Shown here piece by piece: positions 33,234 to 42,977 of a DNA stretch of 64,000 bases; position 1 is the stretch's first letter; the number at the start of each line of letters is the position of its first letter. The stretch lies in NCBI GenBank assembly GCA_963815455.1, contig CAWFGO010000001.1:1440001-1504000 (forward strand), given 5' to 3'. A model generated the notes under the pieces. That model saw only the letters and a program-made list of their open reading frames with translations, did no database searches and was not told where the DNA came from. Made by a program: the position numbers and the translations under genes. Origin of the DNA: an uncultured Verrucomicrobiae bacterium (lineage in GTDB: Bacteria; Verrucomicrobiota; Verrucomicrobiia; Chthoniobacterales; UBA10450).

Positions 33234-33839
33234 ATGAAATTGTCGATCTTGCTGGCTTTACTATTGGGTTCAGTGGTCTTCGCCGCCGAAGAAAAGAAAG
33301 AAGAGAAAAAACCAATAAATGCACCGAACGAGGTCGCGGTGATCAAAACCAGCGAAGGCGACATGGTCATCGAGTTCTGGACTGATGCCGCGCCAAAAAC
33401 GATCGAGAATTTCAAGAAACTCGCGCGAGAGGGGTTTTACAACGGCACGGCGTTCCATCGCATTGTTAAAGGTTTCATGATCCAGGGCGGCGATCCGCTG
33501 ACGAAAGATCCGTCAAAGGAAAGCAAATATGGAAGTGGCAACGCCGGTTACCAAATCAAGGCCGAGTTCAACGATCATGGCCACGACCGCGGGGTGATCT
33601 CGATGGCGCGCCAGCCCGATCCCGACTCGGCCAGTTGCCAGTTTTTCATCTGCCTCGCGCCAGTCCACCGTCTCGATCATGAATACACGACGTTCGGGAA
33701 GCTGATCAAAGGCGACGATGTCCTGGAAAAACTAGGCAACACTCCGACTGAAGCCGGCCCGGATGGCGCTCAGAGCAAACCGACCAAGCGCGCCGCGATC
33801 AACAAGATCGAAATCGTTCCGGCGAGTTCGGTGAAATAG
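33234..33839 (+). CDS. cyclophilin-type peptidyl-prolyl isomerase, exported
   Basis: Signal peptide; 'FHRIVKGFMIQGGDP', 'SMAR', 'QFFI', 'YTTFG'. Confidence 0.92.
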   Translation: MKLSILLALLLGSVVFAAEEKKEEKKPINAPNEVAVIKTSEGDMVIEFWTDAAPKTIENFKKLAREGFYNGTAFHRIVKGFMIQGGDPLTKDPSKESKYGSGNAGYQIKAEFNDHGHDRGVISMARQPDPDSASCQFFICLAPVHRLDHEYTTFGKLIKGDDVLEKLGNTPTEAGPDGAQSKPTKRAAINKIEIVPASSVK

Positions 33840-33849
33840 AATGCCTCTT

Positions 33850-33931
33850 GTCATGTCGAGCGGAGTCGAGACATCCCGTTGTAGAGCCTTAAGATAATGC
33901 CGCGGGATTCCTCGACTTCGCTCGGAATGAC
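33850..33931. repeat. GTCAT/ATGAC palindromic repeat, copy e
   Basis: GTCATGTCGAGCGGAGTCGAGACATCCCG..CGGGATTCCTCGACTTCGCTCGGAATGAC. Confidence 0.85.
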
Positions 33932-34799
33932 GGAAATTGCGCTCGTCCAGATGCGCTGCGGGCCAGACCCGGAAGCGAACTTCAAGCGCGCGGTTGAGTT
34001 CATCCGCGACGCCGCGAAGCAAGGCGCGCAGATTATCTGCCTGCCTGAGCTCTTTCGGTCGCAGTATTTTTGCCAGAGCCAGGAGCACAAGAATTTCGAG
34101 CTGGCTGAAGAGGTTCCGGGAAGATCGACATCGGCGCTGGAAAAAGTCGCGGGCGAGCTTGGCGTCGTGATTATCGCATCGCTCTTCGAGAAACGCAGCG
34201 CCGGCGTTTATCACAACACCGCCGCCATCATCGATGCCGATGGAAAATTTCTCGGCAAATATCGCAAAATGCACATCCCGGACGATCCGCTTTACCACGA
34301 GAAATTTTATTTTACTCCGGGCGATCTTGGTTTTCGCGCTTGGGAAACGACCCGCGGCAAGATTGGAGTCTGCATTTGCTGGGATCAATGGTACCCGGAA
34401 GCGGCCCGGCTCACCGCGCTCAACGGCGCGAAGATCATTTTTTATCCAACAGCAATTGGGTGGCATCCATCCGAGAAAAAGGAATTCGGCAAGGCGCAGC
34501 ATTCCGCCTGGGAAACGATTCAGCGCGGTCATGCCATCGCCAACGGTTGTTACGTCGCCGTGGCCAACCGTATCGGACACGAAACGCCCGTCGGCGGCGA
34601 CGGCATCGAGTTTTGGGGACAAAGTTTTGTTTGCGGCCCCGACGGCGAAATCATCGCCAAGGGTTCGGTGGATCAGGAAGAGATCGTTGTGGCCGACGTC
34701 GAATGGGACCGCGTAAACGAGCACCGGACGCACTGGCCGTTTTTGCGCGATCGCCGAGTTGATGCCTACGCCGGTCTCGAGAAAAGAATGATAGATTGA
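33927..34799 (+). CDS. carbon-nitrogen hydrolase (N-carbamoylputrescine amidase-like)
   Basis: 'CLPELF', 'YRKMHIPDDP', 'ICWDQWYPE' (E-K-C triad). Confidence 0.9.
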   Translation: MTEIALVQMRCGPDPEANFKRAVEFIRDAAKQGAQIICLPELFRSQYFCQSQEHKNFELAEEVPGRSTSALEKVAGELGVVIIASLFEKRSAGVYHNTAAIIDADGKFLGKYRKMHIPDDPLYHEKFYFTPGDLGFRAWETTRGKIGVCICWDQWYPEAARLTALNGAKIIFYPTAIGWHPSEKKEFGKAQHSAWETIQRGHAIANGCYVAVANRIGHETPVGGDGIEFWGQSFVCGPDGEIIAKGSVDQEEIVVADVEWDRVNEHRTHWPFLRDRRVDAYAGLEKRMID

Positions 34800-34802
34800 G
34801 CC

Positions 34803-34911
34803 GTAGCACAGGCATCCTGCCTGTGGGGAAAGCGGGCGTCCCGCCTGCTGTCTCCCTCCCATTCCGCGGGCAAGATGCCCGCGTGCCCCACAGACAAGAT
34901 GTCTGTGCTAC
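34803..34911. repeat. REPIN (inverted REP doublet) cognate to the carB RAYT ends
   Basis: GTAGCACAGGCATCCTGCCTGTGGGG..CCCCACAGACAAGATGTCTGTGCTAC. Confidence 0.9.
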
Positions 34912-34942
34912 AGTCGCGATTGCGCTGTGATAGATTGAACCG

Positions 34943-36001
34943 ATGGACTTGATGACGCTCACTGAAATTCGCCGGGCGGCGCAGGACGATTTCGTGTCGG
35001 CGCGTGTGCACGTGCAAGTCGAAGGCGCGACGCCCAAGCTGACTCGTGAGCAAAAACCCTATTGCGAGCTGAGTCTGGCCGATGCGTGCGATCGCATGAC
35101 TCTGCGCGTCTGGAGCGATCATCCCTCCTACAAAGCGTGCAGCGAAATGACCGCGGAAAGTTTTGTCGAACTCACCGCTGAATTTCGCACGCATTCGCAA
35201 TTTGGACTTGAGGCGCAGAAATGGACGGTGCGCCCGCTGACCGAGCAGGAGAAGAGCGAACTGCTGCAGGGCCCTCCCGATTTGCGCGCCAAACAGAAAG
35301 CCGATTCGGATTTCATCGGGCAAACCGTGAAATCGATTGTCGATCCCCGGCTGCGAATGTTATGCGAAGCGTTCCTAAACGAATGGGGCGAGCGCTTTCG
35401 GCGCACGGCGGCGGCGCGAAATTATCATCACGCGCGCCGTGGCGGTCTGGTCGAGCACACCGCGCAGATGATGCGGGTCGCCAAAGGGATCGGGCCGCTC
35501 TATCCGGAGTTGAATGTCGATCTTCTGCTGGCCGGAATTCTGTTTCACGACTCGGGAAAACTTTGGGAGAATCAATTGCCCGAAAGCGGTTTTGTTATGG
35601 GCTACGACGAGCGGGGCGAATTGATCGGTCACATCTCCATCGGTCTCGAACTGGTGAATTCGCTCTGGCGAAAGTTGAGCGCGGAAAACGCCGACGCGTG
35701 GAAAAATCTCATGCCGCCCTCGGAAGATGTGCGGATGCATCTTCTGCATCTCATCGGCGCGCACCACGGCGAGATGCAATTTGGCTCTCCCGTTTTTCCC
35801 AAAACACCGGAGGCGATGACGCTCCATTACATCGACAATCTCGACGCCCGTCTGGAAATGTTCGCCGCCGGATACACCACCGCCAAATCCTTGGCCGATC
35901 GAATTTTCGATCGGGTCCGCCCATTGCCGGGGAATTTGGTAAAATCGTTGGATAAATTTCAGCCGCCCGGTTCTCCAAAGGAGGAAGATCGGTTACTGTA
36001 A
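34943..36001 (+). CDS. OB-fold + HD domain protein, YhaM-like 3'-5' exoribonuclease
   Basis: 'AAARNYHHARRGGLVEHT', 'FHDSGK', 'GHI', 'HHG', 'LHYIDNLDA'. Confidence 0.85.
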   Translation: MDLMTLTEIRRAAQDDFVSARVHVQVEGATPKLTREQKPYCELSLADACDRMTLRVWSDHPSYKACSEMTAESFVELTAEFRTHSQFGLEAQKWTVRPLTEQEKSELLQGPPDLRAKQKADSDFIGQTVKSIVDPRLRMLCEAFLNEWGERFRRTAAARNYHHARRGGLVEHTAQMMRVAKGIGPLYPELNVDLLLAGILFHDSGKLWENQLPESGFVMGYDERGELIGHISIGLELVNSLWRKLSAENADAWKNLMPPSEDVRMHLLHLIGAHHGEMQFGSPVFPKTPEAMTLHYIDNLDARLEMFAAGYTTAKSLADRIFDRVRPLPGNLVKSLDKFQPPGSPKEEDRLL

Positions 36002-36022
36002 TTTTCTCGCAATGCATGCACC

Positions 36023-36115
36023 GTCATCCCGAGCGACGTCGAGGAATCCCGTTGCGTCAGCTTTAAGGTTTCGCCACGGGGTCCTTCGACTCCGCTCCGC
36101 TGCGCTCGGGATGAC
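36023..36115. repeat. GTCAT/ATGAC palindromic repeat, copy f
   Basis: GTCATCCCGAGCGACGTCGAGGAATCCCGT..ACGGGGTCCTTCGACTCC..GCTCGGGATGAC. Confidence 0.85.
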
Positions 36116-36182
36116 AGAAGGGGATTGCGCTCTGCTCCCGCCACGGCGAGCAGGCAGAACGACACACTGCATTAGCAAGGTA

Positions 36183-36969
36183 ATGCGATCTTCGTTGCTG
36201 GTTCTGCTGGCGACAGTCACATCTCAAACTGCTTTCGCAGTTTCTTTCAAGGAATCGCCCGAGCTGGGAAAGATTTTCAAAGACAACGGCGTCGTCGGGA
36301 CATTCGTCCTGTTCGATGTGGGCGCGGACACAATGTTTGTCTGGAATCGAGACCGGGTCAGGCAGCGTTTTATCCCAGCGTCCACATTCAAGATCGCGAA
36401 CTCGCTCATCGGTCTCGACGCCGGCGCGGTGAAAAATGTCGATGAAGTGCTGCCTTACGGAGGCAAACCGCAATGGATCAAGGCCTGGGGAAAACGACAT
36501 GGGATTGCGCGAAGCGATCAAGATTTCCAACGTCGCGATTTATCAGGAACTGGCCCGCCGCATCGGCCTGGAACGAATGCGCGAAGGCGTAAAGAAGCTC
36601 GGCTACGGCAACATGGAAATCGGCAACGTGGTCGATCGTTTCTGGCTGGATGGGCCGCTAAAAATTTCTGCGATCGAACAAACGGAATTTCTGAATCGGT
36701 TGACCGCCGGGAAGCTGCCGGTCAAGCCGGGCGTTATCGAAGCGGTACGGGAAATCACGCTTCAGGAAAAAACTGCCGACTATGCGCTTCACGCCAAGAC
36801 TGGATGGTGTGCGTCAACCAATCCACAAATTGGCTGGTGGGTTGGCTGGGTGGAACGGGGCGACAAGATTTATCCATTCGCGCTCAACATCGACATGTTG
36901 ACCGACGAAGACGCCCCAAAGCGAATTTCCATCGGCCGGGAGTGTTTGAAGGCGCTGGGGAAACTGTAG
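36183..36969 (+). CDS. class D (OXA-like) beta-lactamase, frameshift ~36490
   Basis: STFK, SNV, YGN, 'FWLDGPLKIS' and KTG motifs; signal peptide. Confidence 0.88.
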
Positions 36970-37069
36970 CCGCTGGCGCCGCCCGCGGCCGCTGTAGAGT
37001 CCGCGTCCTCAGCAGACGGGCGCCTTGACTGGATCCTCGCGGGCAACCGCGGTCAGCGCCCGCGGCTAC
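36967..37069. repeat. GTAG-type REP doublet
   Basis: GTAGCCGCTGGCGCCGCCCGCGG..CCGCGGTCAGCGCCCGCGGCTAC. Confidence 0.65.
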
Positions 37070-37160
37070 AACGGATTTCGTCATTGCGAAAAGATCGAAG
37101 ACGGGATTAGGTCCGGGTATAAGCGCCTTTCCCAAGAGCCCGAAGGAAGAGATACGCGGG

Positions 37161-37544
37161 ATGATCTATTTCCCGCGGATGCTGGACAAGATTCGCCGGC
37201 ACGCCGGCGGAGAGCTGCACGAGGATTATCACAAGAATCTCGGCATTCCGAGATCGGCCGATGGCGCCTGCTGTAATTTTTTGCGCATTCATTATCGCGA
37301 TCTGTGCGAGCGCGTGCGGCAAGGCGGAACGGACGAGGAGATCCTGGAATGGTGTTTTGAAAAAGGGAGAAAGCCGAATGAAGGCGACATCATGATGTGG
37401 AACTCGTTCGCCTCGAAGTTAGGCTGGCGCGATTTTATGACGCCGGTGCTGGAAGAGCAGAAGCGGAAAGCCGGGATCGCGGCTCGATCGGACATCCTGA
37501 CGATTCCGGACTTCATGGATTTCGAAGAGGGGAGAGCGAAGTAG
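37161..37544 (+). CDS. DUF5069-like protein
   Basis: 'YFPRMLDKIR', 'LHEDY', 'DEEILEW', 'DFEEGR'. Confidence 0.7.
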   Translation: MIYFPRMLDKIRRHAGGELHEDYHKNLGIPRSADGACCNFLRIHYRDLCERVRQGGTDEEILEWCFEKGRKPNEGDIMMWNSFASKLGWRDFMTPVLEEQKRKAGIAARSDILTIPDFMDFEEGRAK

Positions 37545-37562
37545 GCCCACGAAAAACACGAA

Positions 37563-39014
37563 ATGAAGCGAATTCAGATACTCTTCTTGGTATGTTCATC
37601 AGTCGCTACTGTTTTTGGTGAAACCCCGACGCCCACGCCGACCGCAACGCCGATCGTTTTTTCCACGAAAACACTGGCCGACGGCAAACGGTTGCAACAG
37701 GCGGCGTTGAATAGCGATTACGCCTATCGGCAGGTGGCGCATCTGGGCAACAACATCGGACCGCGCTTGAGCGGTTCGGCTCAAGCCGCCAAAGCGGTCG
37801 AATACGTCGCGGGCGAATTGAAGGCGATCGGCTGCGAAGTGCAGCTCGAAAAAGCGATGGTGCCGCACTGGGTGCGTGGTGAAGAAACCGCTGCGCTCGT
37901 TCAGTTTCCCGGCATGGCTGAAGGCACCACGCAGAAGATTGTTCTATGCGCGCTTGGCGGAAGCGTCGCCACGCCTTCTGGCGGGATCGCGGCCGACGTA
38001 ATTGCGGTCAAGAATTTCGACGAATTGAAATCAATGTCGCGCGAGAAAGTCGCGGGCAAAATCGTGCTGTTCAATTATCCATTCGACAAACAAATGGCGG
38101 CGGAAGGCCGCGGCGGTGAAGCCTACGGCGAGGCGGTGGTTTATCGAAGCGATGGCCCGAGCGCGGCCGCCCGTCAGGGCGCGGTCGCGTGCCTGATTCG
38201 ATCGGTCGGTGGCTCGGAATATCGATTGCCCCACACCGGGGTGACCCAATATGCCGCCGACGCTTCGAAAATTCCTGCGGCGGCGGTCACGGCCGAGGAT
38301 GCGGACATGATCGTCGATCTTGTCCGACAAGGGCCGGTAAAGATGAAATTGATTCTGACACCGCAAACATTGCCGGACGCCGAGAGCGCGAATGTGATCG
38401 GCGACATCAAAGGCAGCGAACATCCGGAACAGATCGTCATTGTCTCGGGTCATCTCGATTCGTGGGACTTGGGAACCGGCGCGATTGATGACGGCGCGGG
38501 CGTGGCCGTGTCGATGGAGGTGGCGAACCTGATTCAGAAACTTCATCTCAAACCGAAGCGGACGATTCGAGTGATCGGGTGGATGAACGAAGAGAACGGA
38601 TCGGCCGGCTCGAAGCAATACGCGAAAGATCACGAGAAAGAATGGGCGAACCATTTCGCGGCAATGGAAACGGACGGCGGCGCGGGTCATCCTCTCGGCC
38701 TTAATATTCGGGCGAAATCGGAAGTGAAAAAAATGTTCGCACCGGTTGCGGCGCTCCTGCAGGAATCGGGCGCGGGCGCGCTGGCCTTGGTCGAGCATTG
38801 CGGGGCCGATATCGAGCCGATGGAAAATGCCGGGGTGCCGACGTTCGCGCCGATCCAGGACAGCCGGTTCTATTTCAATTATCATCACACCGCGGCGGAT
38901 ACGGTGGACAAAATCGTGCCGAAAGAGCTGGCCGAAAATGCGGCGGTGGTCGCGGTCGCGGCTTACGCGCTGGCCAACATGGAGCAGGCGATGCCGAGAC
39001 AGAAAGCCAATTAG
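37563..39014 (+). CDS. M28-family metallopeptidase (carboxypeptidase Q-like), exported
   Basis: 'IGPRLSGS', 'GHLDSWD', 'GAIDDGAG', 'NEENG', 'YHHTAADT'. Confidence 0.9.
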   Translation: MKRIQILFLVCSSVATVFGETPTPTPTATPIVFSTKTLADGKRLQQAALNSDYAYRQVAHLGNNIGPRLSGSAQAAKAVEYVAGELKAIGCEVQLEKAMVPHWVRGEETAALVQFPGMAEGTTQKIVLCALGGSVATPSGGIAADVIAVKNFDELKSMSREKVAGKIVLFNYPFDKQMAAEGRGGEAYGEAVVYRSDGPSAAARQGAVACLIRSVGGSEYRLPHTGVTQYAADASKIPAAAVTAEDADMIVDLVRQGPVKMKLILTPQTLPDAESANVIGDIKGSEHPEQIVIVSGHLDSWDLGTGAIDDGAGVAVSMEVANLIQKLHLKPKRTIRVIGWMNEENGSAGSKQYAKDHEKEWANHFAAMETDGGAGHPLGLNIRAKSEVKKMFAPVAALLQESGAGALALVEHCGADIEPMENAGVPTFAPIQDSRFYFNYHHTAADTVDKIVPKELAENAAVVAVAAYALANMEQAMPRQKAN

Positions 39015-39123
39015 GAGAGCAGGAACGCAGGAAAGGGTGGTGGATCGGCCGCTCCGCGGGCGATGCTAAGCAATATCGGCGGAGCCGAGTATGACGAAAC
39101 CGCTACGAAGGTGATATTACCTT

Positions 39124-39783
39124 GTGCCTAAGACGTTCCCCAATCGCGCCGAAGCGGGGAAAATGCTGGCCCAGCAGCTGGAAAAATACGCCGGACGCGA
39201 TGATGTCATCGTGCTCGGGTTACCGCGCGGCGGCGTGCCGGTCGCTTATGAAGTGGCCCGGCGCCTGCGTGTGCCGCTGGATGTTTTCATTGTGCGCAAA
39301 CTGGGTATGCCCGGATTCGAGGAGCTGGCCGCCGGCGCGATTGCTTCCGGTGGTGTGCGTGTTTTAAATGAAGAGGTCTTTCGGGCATTGCCCAACGCCG
39401 ATGAGATCATCGAGTTGATCACGGAGCGAGAAAAGGAAGAGCTAAAACGCCGCGAAGACAGTTACCGCGGCGATCGGCCGGCGCCGGAATTGCGCGATCG
39501 TGTCGTGATACTGGTGGACGACGGCCTGGCCACCGGCGCGACGATGCACGCGGCGGTCAAAGCGTTGCGCCAGCGCGGCGCCGCCAGGATTGTCGTGGCC
39601 GTTCCGGTCGGTCCGGCCGAGACTTGCCGCGAATTCGAGGGCGAAGCGGACGAAATCATCTGCGCGATCGCGCCGCAATTTTTCCATGCGGTTGGTCAAT
39701 ATTACGAAGATTTCGCGCAGACCAGCGACGAGGAAGTGCGCGAACTTCTCGCCCGCGCAGCGGACGATCACGAATCGATCTAA
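39124..39783 (+). CDS. phosphoribosyltransferase family protein
   Basis: 'LGLPRGGVPVA', 'ILVDDGLATGATM', 'AVGQYYEDF'. Confidence 0.9.
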   Translation: MPKTFPNRAEAGKMLAQQLEKYAGRDDVIVLGLPRGGVPVAYEVARRLRVPLDVFIVRKLGMPGFEELAAGAIASGGVRVLNEEVFRALPNADEIIELITEREKEELKRREDSYRGDRPAPELRDRVVILVDDGLATGATMHAAVKALRQRGAARIVVAVPVGPAETCREFEGEADEIICAIAPQFFHAVGQYYEDFAQTSDEEVRELLARAADDHESI

Positions 39784-39899
39784 GTCACGACCAATCTTTC
39801 CGGTCGCGAGTGTACCGAAGGGTTATCGGGTGACCAATCGAATCCTCAAAGGATCCCTCGGAGGACCAATAATCGGCCCAAATATTCCGCACCCGTGCG

Positions 39900-40474
39900 G
39901 ACCCACGGGTAAGAGCAGCCCTGGTCGAATGCGCCTGGCGCATGGTCCGTTTCCAGCCGCAATATCCACCGGTCAAAAAGAGGCTGCCCGTTTTGGCCAA
40001 AGGGGCAAAGGCCACCGGAGGGCAACGCAAAAAAGCGATCGTGGCCGTGGCGCGCCGGCTGGCGATGGATTTGTGGCGAGTGCATACCGGACGGCTCACG
40101 GCGCAACAATTGGGTTTAAATATTAAATAAATGAGTTCGAGGGGAACAGGGATGAGCTAACTCGATTAACTCAAAGAGAACGCTTTGGAACGTGGCGTGT
40201 GTCCGGAGTCTAACCTGGTCCGATCCCCGAAAACGTTCGGGGCTCGCACCGTCGCTTTAGATTGGACCGCGCCCACGTTCCGCTTCAGTTGGACGGCATA
40301 AGTCACATTGCGCTGTCAGCAAAAGCATCGACATGCGCGGATAGGAGTATCAGCCGCTGAACAACTCAGTGCGCACCAGAGGCGGAAGCGTTCCAGACCA
40401 ACTCCAACCTCAAACCCCAACAAAACCATGTAATCGCCATCCCCAAAAACTCACCGTTGACACCCTTCATAGGG
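39900..40474 (+). mobile_element. 5'-truncated IS110/IS1111-type element inserted at the last attC
   Basis: Transposase C-terminus 'PRVRAALVECAWRMVRFQP..KKAIVAVARRLAMDLWR' to 40130; structured non-coding region; right end GTTGACACCCTTCATAGG resembles that of the 49-50 kb IS; abuts GTTAGAC. Confidence 0.85.
40135..40400 (+). ncRNA. putative bridge/seek RNA of the truncated IS
   Basis: Stems GGAACGTGG/CCACGTTCC, GTCC/GGAC, CCCCGAA/TTCGGGG, CTTC..GAAG; loop GTCTAACC complementary to flank; boundaries approximate. Confidence 0.65.
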
Positions 40475-40906
40475 GTTAGACGTTGTGTTGCTCGTGAAAT
40501 CTCGTGCGACATCGGGATGCCTTAACATAAGCGCAAACCAGACTGGGATCGAAGTGGTTCCGAGCGCAAGGCCCAGGGTAGACATTGAAGCAAGCACCCC
40601 GCCCTGCACGTGCACGCCCGACACCCCGAGGAAGAAGATGTCGCTGCAAACGGAGAGCGCGATGCCGACAGCAAGACAAAGACAGAGTCCGATGAGTGCA
40701 AGCCGGGCCCAATTCCGCGCGCGAAAGAGGAAATAACTCAGAGCTGCCAGCAACGCAGAAGCGACGAGAACAAGAACACTGCCAAGCTCGTCAGCCCAAC
40801 CGCGGGACGACCAGATGCCGTAGATGTACAGGTGTGCGCCGACCGCGACAACCGAGCCGCTTCCAACTGACGCCACTGCTCCTCCAATAATCGTTGGCCA
40901 ACGCAT
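40451..40906 (-). CDS. cassette 26: 4-TM membrane protein (3' end reads into IS)
   Basis: Hydrophobic ORF after attC core. Confidence 0.7.
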   Translation of the reverse strand: MRWPTIIGGAVASVGSGSVVAVGAHLYIYGIWSSRGWADELGSVLVLVASALLAALSYFLFRARNWARLALIGLCLCLAVGIALSVCSDIFFLGVSGVHVQGGVLASMSTLGLALGTTSIPVWFALMLRHPDVARDFTSNTTSNPYEGCQR

Positions 40907-40995
40907 TACGCTTTACGTCTAACGAGACAGAGATAAGCCACGGCAGGGTGTCGTGGCAAACACACTGAACGCATTTCGAAATGAAGCCGTTGGCT

Positions 40996-41454
40996 TCATC
41001 GATTTGTTAGATGGTCTGGTCTGAAGACGTGTCGGGTAAGAGAGCCGGTGAGACAAGTAGCACCGCCGACAAGTGCGGCTATGCCACAAAACTCCCAAGC
41101 ACCGTATGACCAAGAGCCATCGCCTGGATACGCTAGGAAAACGCCTGTCATGATGAGAAATCCTGCAGTCGCCCCGCAGGCGGTGCAAATGGGCCAGTGC
41201 CACAAAGAGGATGATGAGGGCACAAAGAGGTAAAGAGGAATCAGAACGAAAAGCCACACGGGAATGATAAAGTATGCCATGAACCAGCTCGTCGCTATCG
41301 TACTGCCGAACACTAAGCCCACATCCAGCGCGTGGCGCTGCCGAATCGCATCGACGAAGTAGGTGGACTCGAGAGCTACGAGCGTCACCACCCAGCCGGC
41401 AAGAACCGCAACAAGCGTTCCAACGAGCTGCTTGAAGATGGAGCGTGCGACCAT
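40996..41454 (-). CDS. cassette 25: membrane protein, identical to cassette 8
   Basis: ATG overlaps GTTAGATG; 4 TM. Confidence 0.75.
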   Translation of the reverse strand: MVARSIFKQLVGTLVAVLAGWVVTLVALESTYFVDAIRQRHALDVGLVFGSTIATSWFMAYFIIPVWLFVLIPLYLFVPSSSSLWHWPICTACGATAGFLIMTGVFLAYPGDGSWSYGAWEFCGIAALVGGATCLTGSLTRHVFRPDHLTNR

Positions 41455-41579
41455 CTAACGAGACCAAGCTCAGCGGCGGCTACCAGGAGCGCGGCTGAAA
41501 ATCTCTGGAACTGTTTTAATCATGACAAAATATGAACGCACAGCGGTCCGCCGTTCGCTCCATCGCATGGTTAGATGAT

Positions 41580-42011
41580 TTAATGATTCTCACCATGAAT
41601 TTCTTTTCCAAGTTTTTCTCCCAACGCACGGCCTTGCGCTGCCGAATCGACGAGCTTCTGATGCGTCTCAGTATCTGTAGAAACCAAATCGTCGCTCGCC
41701 GTAATCCCAAACGAATCGATGACAAGATCCTTCCGCCGATCCTCGAATAACAAAACTGTAGTGTAGCTCGATGTCGGACTCTCGGTCAGCGTAACGGAAT
41801 ATGGAAACTCGGCGGACACATCGAGTGACGAAATCTTTGCGTCTTTGACGGCAACCAAGACGCGCTTGTGTGCTGCAGCTGATATGATGAACCACGCGGG
41901 ATGCCCTTCCATCCGATGGGCCGCTGTCAATTTGAGATCACTGCGCTGATCGCCAGCGAGTGCGAATTGGCCGGTGATGACGAAGAGGAAAACGAGAACG
42001 CGCGCTATCAT
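41580..42011 (-). CDS. cassette 24: secreted hypothetical, identical to cassette 7
   Basis: Signal peptide; fills cassette. Confidence 0.75.
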   Translation of the reverse strand: MIARVLVFLFVITGQFALAGDQRSDLKLTAAHRMEGHPAWFIISAAAHKRVLVAVKDAKISSLDVSAEFPYSVTLTESPTSSYTTVLLFEDRRKDLVIDSFGITASDDLVSTDTETHQKLVDSAAQGRALGEKLGKEIHGENH

Positions 42012-42136
42012 CTAACGAGCACAAGCTCAGCCACCGCTGGCGGGAGCGAGCTTTGCTGCGGATTTTAGTGTTGAAGTCGTCGAAAATCTACTCATCGGAA
42101 CGGCCAGCGGTTGGCTGGAGCGTTTGGTTAGATCGG

Positions 42137-42442
42137 TTAGCGTCCTGGCTCTGCAATGACTTTCATGTTGTTGACCTCCACAATGACTTTCTTGTCGTTG
42201 ATCTGCCATTTCCCTTTGACGTGCTCTACCAGGTAGCCGTTCGGGCCACGAACGTCGACGTATATATAGTCGCTGGCCAATTGCTCATATGATAGGATTG
42301 CGGCCGAGGTCTTGGCGTGGATAACGCGGCTGATCTCGGCAATGTCAGTCGCTGAGATTCCGTGAAGTCGAGCCACTGTAGTCGCGCACGATGTGAGCAC
42401 CACTGATCCAATAATGGCCGCAACGCAGAGGGTGGTGTTCAC
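42137..42442 (-). CDS. cassette 23: putative lipoprotein
   Basis: Lipobox 'VLTSC'. Confidence 0.7.
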   Translation of the reverse strand: MNTTLCVAAIIGSVVLTSCATTVARLHGISATDIAEISRVIHAKTSAAILSYEQLASDYIYVDVRGPNGYLVEHVKGKWQINDKKVIVEVNNMKVIAEPGR

Positions 42443-42560
42443 GATCTAACGAGAACAAGATGAGCGACGGCGGACGAGGGCGCGCATCGCTCGGAGTGAG
42501 AGTGGGGAAGTCATCTTAAATGTGAACGCACAGCGGTCCGTCGTTCGCTCCATCGCATGG

Positions 42561-42845
42561 TTAGATCTTACGAGATAATTGCTCCTTCTTGTCGAGTCGT
42601 TCGGCAAGTTTCTCTTCGCGCCTCAGCCCCTTCTCCATACGGGGGAGAAACACGTTCTTCACCCAGTCTTTGTGAGGCGGCAGTTCTTTGCCGTTCCTGA
42701 ATTTGCTATCAAACAGAGGCCGAAAGCCGACCCAATGTGCATGCTTGCCGGTCTCAAGATACTCCTTCGCTTTAGCAATGGCTTGTTCGATCAACTTGAT
42801 GCGTTCAACGGGAGCCATTTGCTTCGTGTTCAGTCTAAACGCCAT
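42561..42845 (-). CDS. cassette 22: small basic hypothetical protein
   Basis: ORF fills cassette, stop in R'' box. Confidence 0.7.
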   Translation of the reverse strand: MAFRLNTKQMAPVERIKLIEQAIAKAKEYLETGKHAHWVGFRPLFDSKFRNGKELPPHKDWVKNVFLPRMEKGLRREEKLAERLDKKEQLSRKI

Positions 42846-42977
42846 AGCTTTGGATCTAACGAGAACAAGATGAGCGACGGCGGACGAGACCGTCCGTCGC
42901 TCGCGGTGAAAGTGTAGAAGTCATTTCAAAAGTGGAGCATGCAGCGGTCCGCCGTTCGCTCGATCGGATGGTTAGAT

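Noticed and set aside
239..36969. Frameshifts in GT39, GT2, pilin, TPR gene, uvrA, phoB, phoR, carB and the OXA-like gene as pseudogenes or programmed frameshifts
   Set aside because: Scattered single-base indels in otherwise intact conserved genes are best explained by long-read error; needs read-level checking
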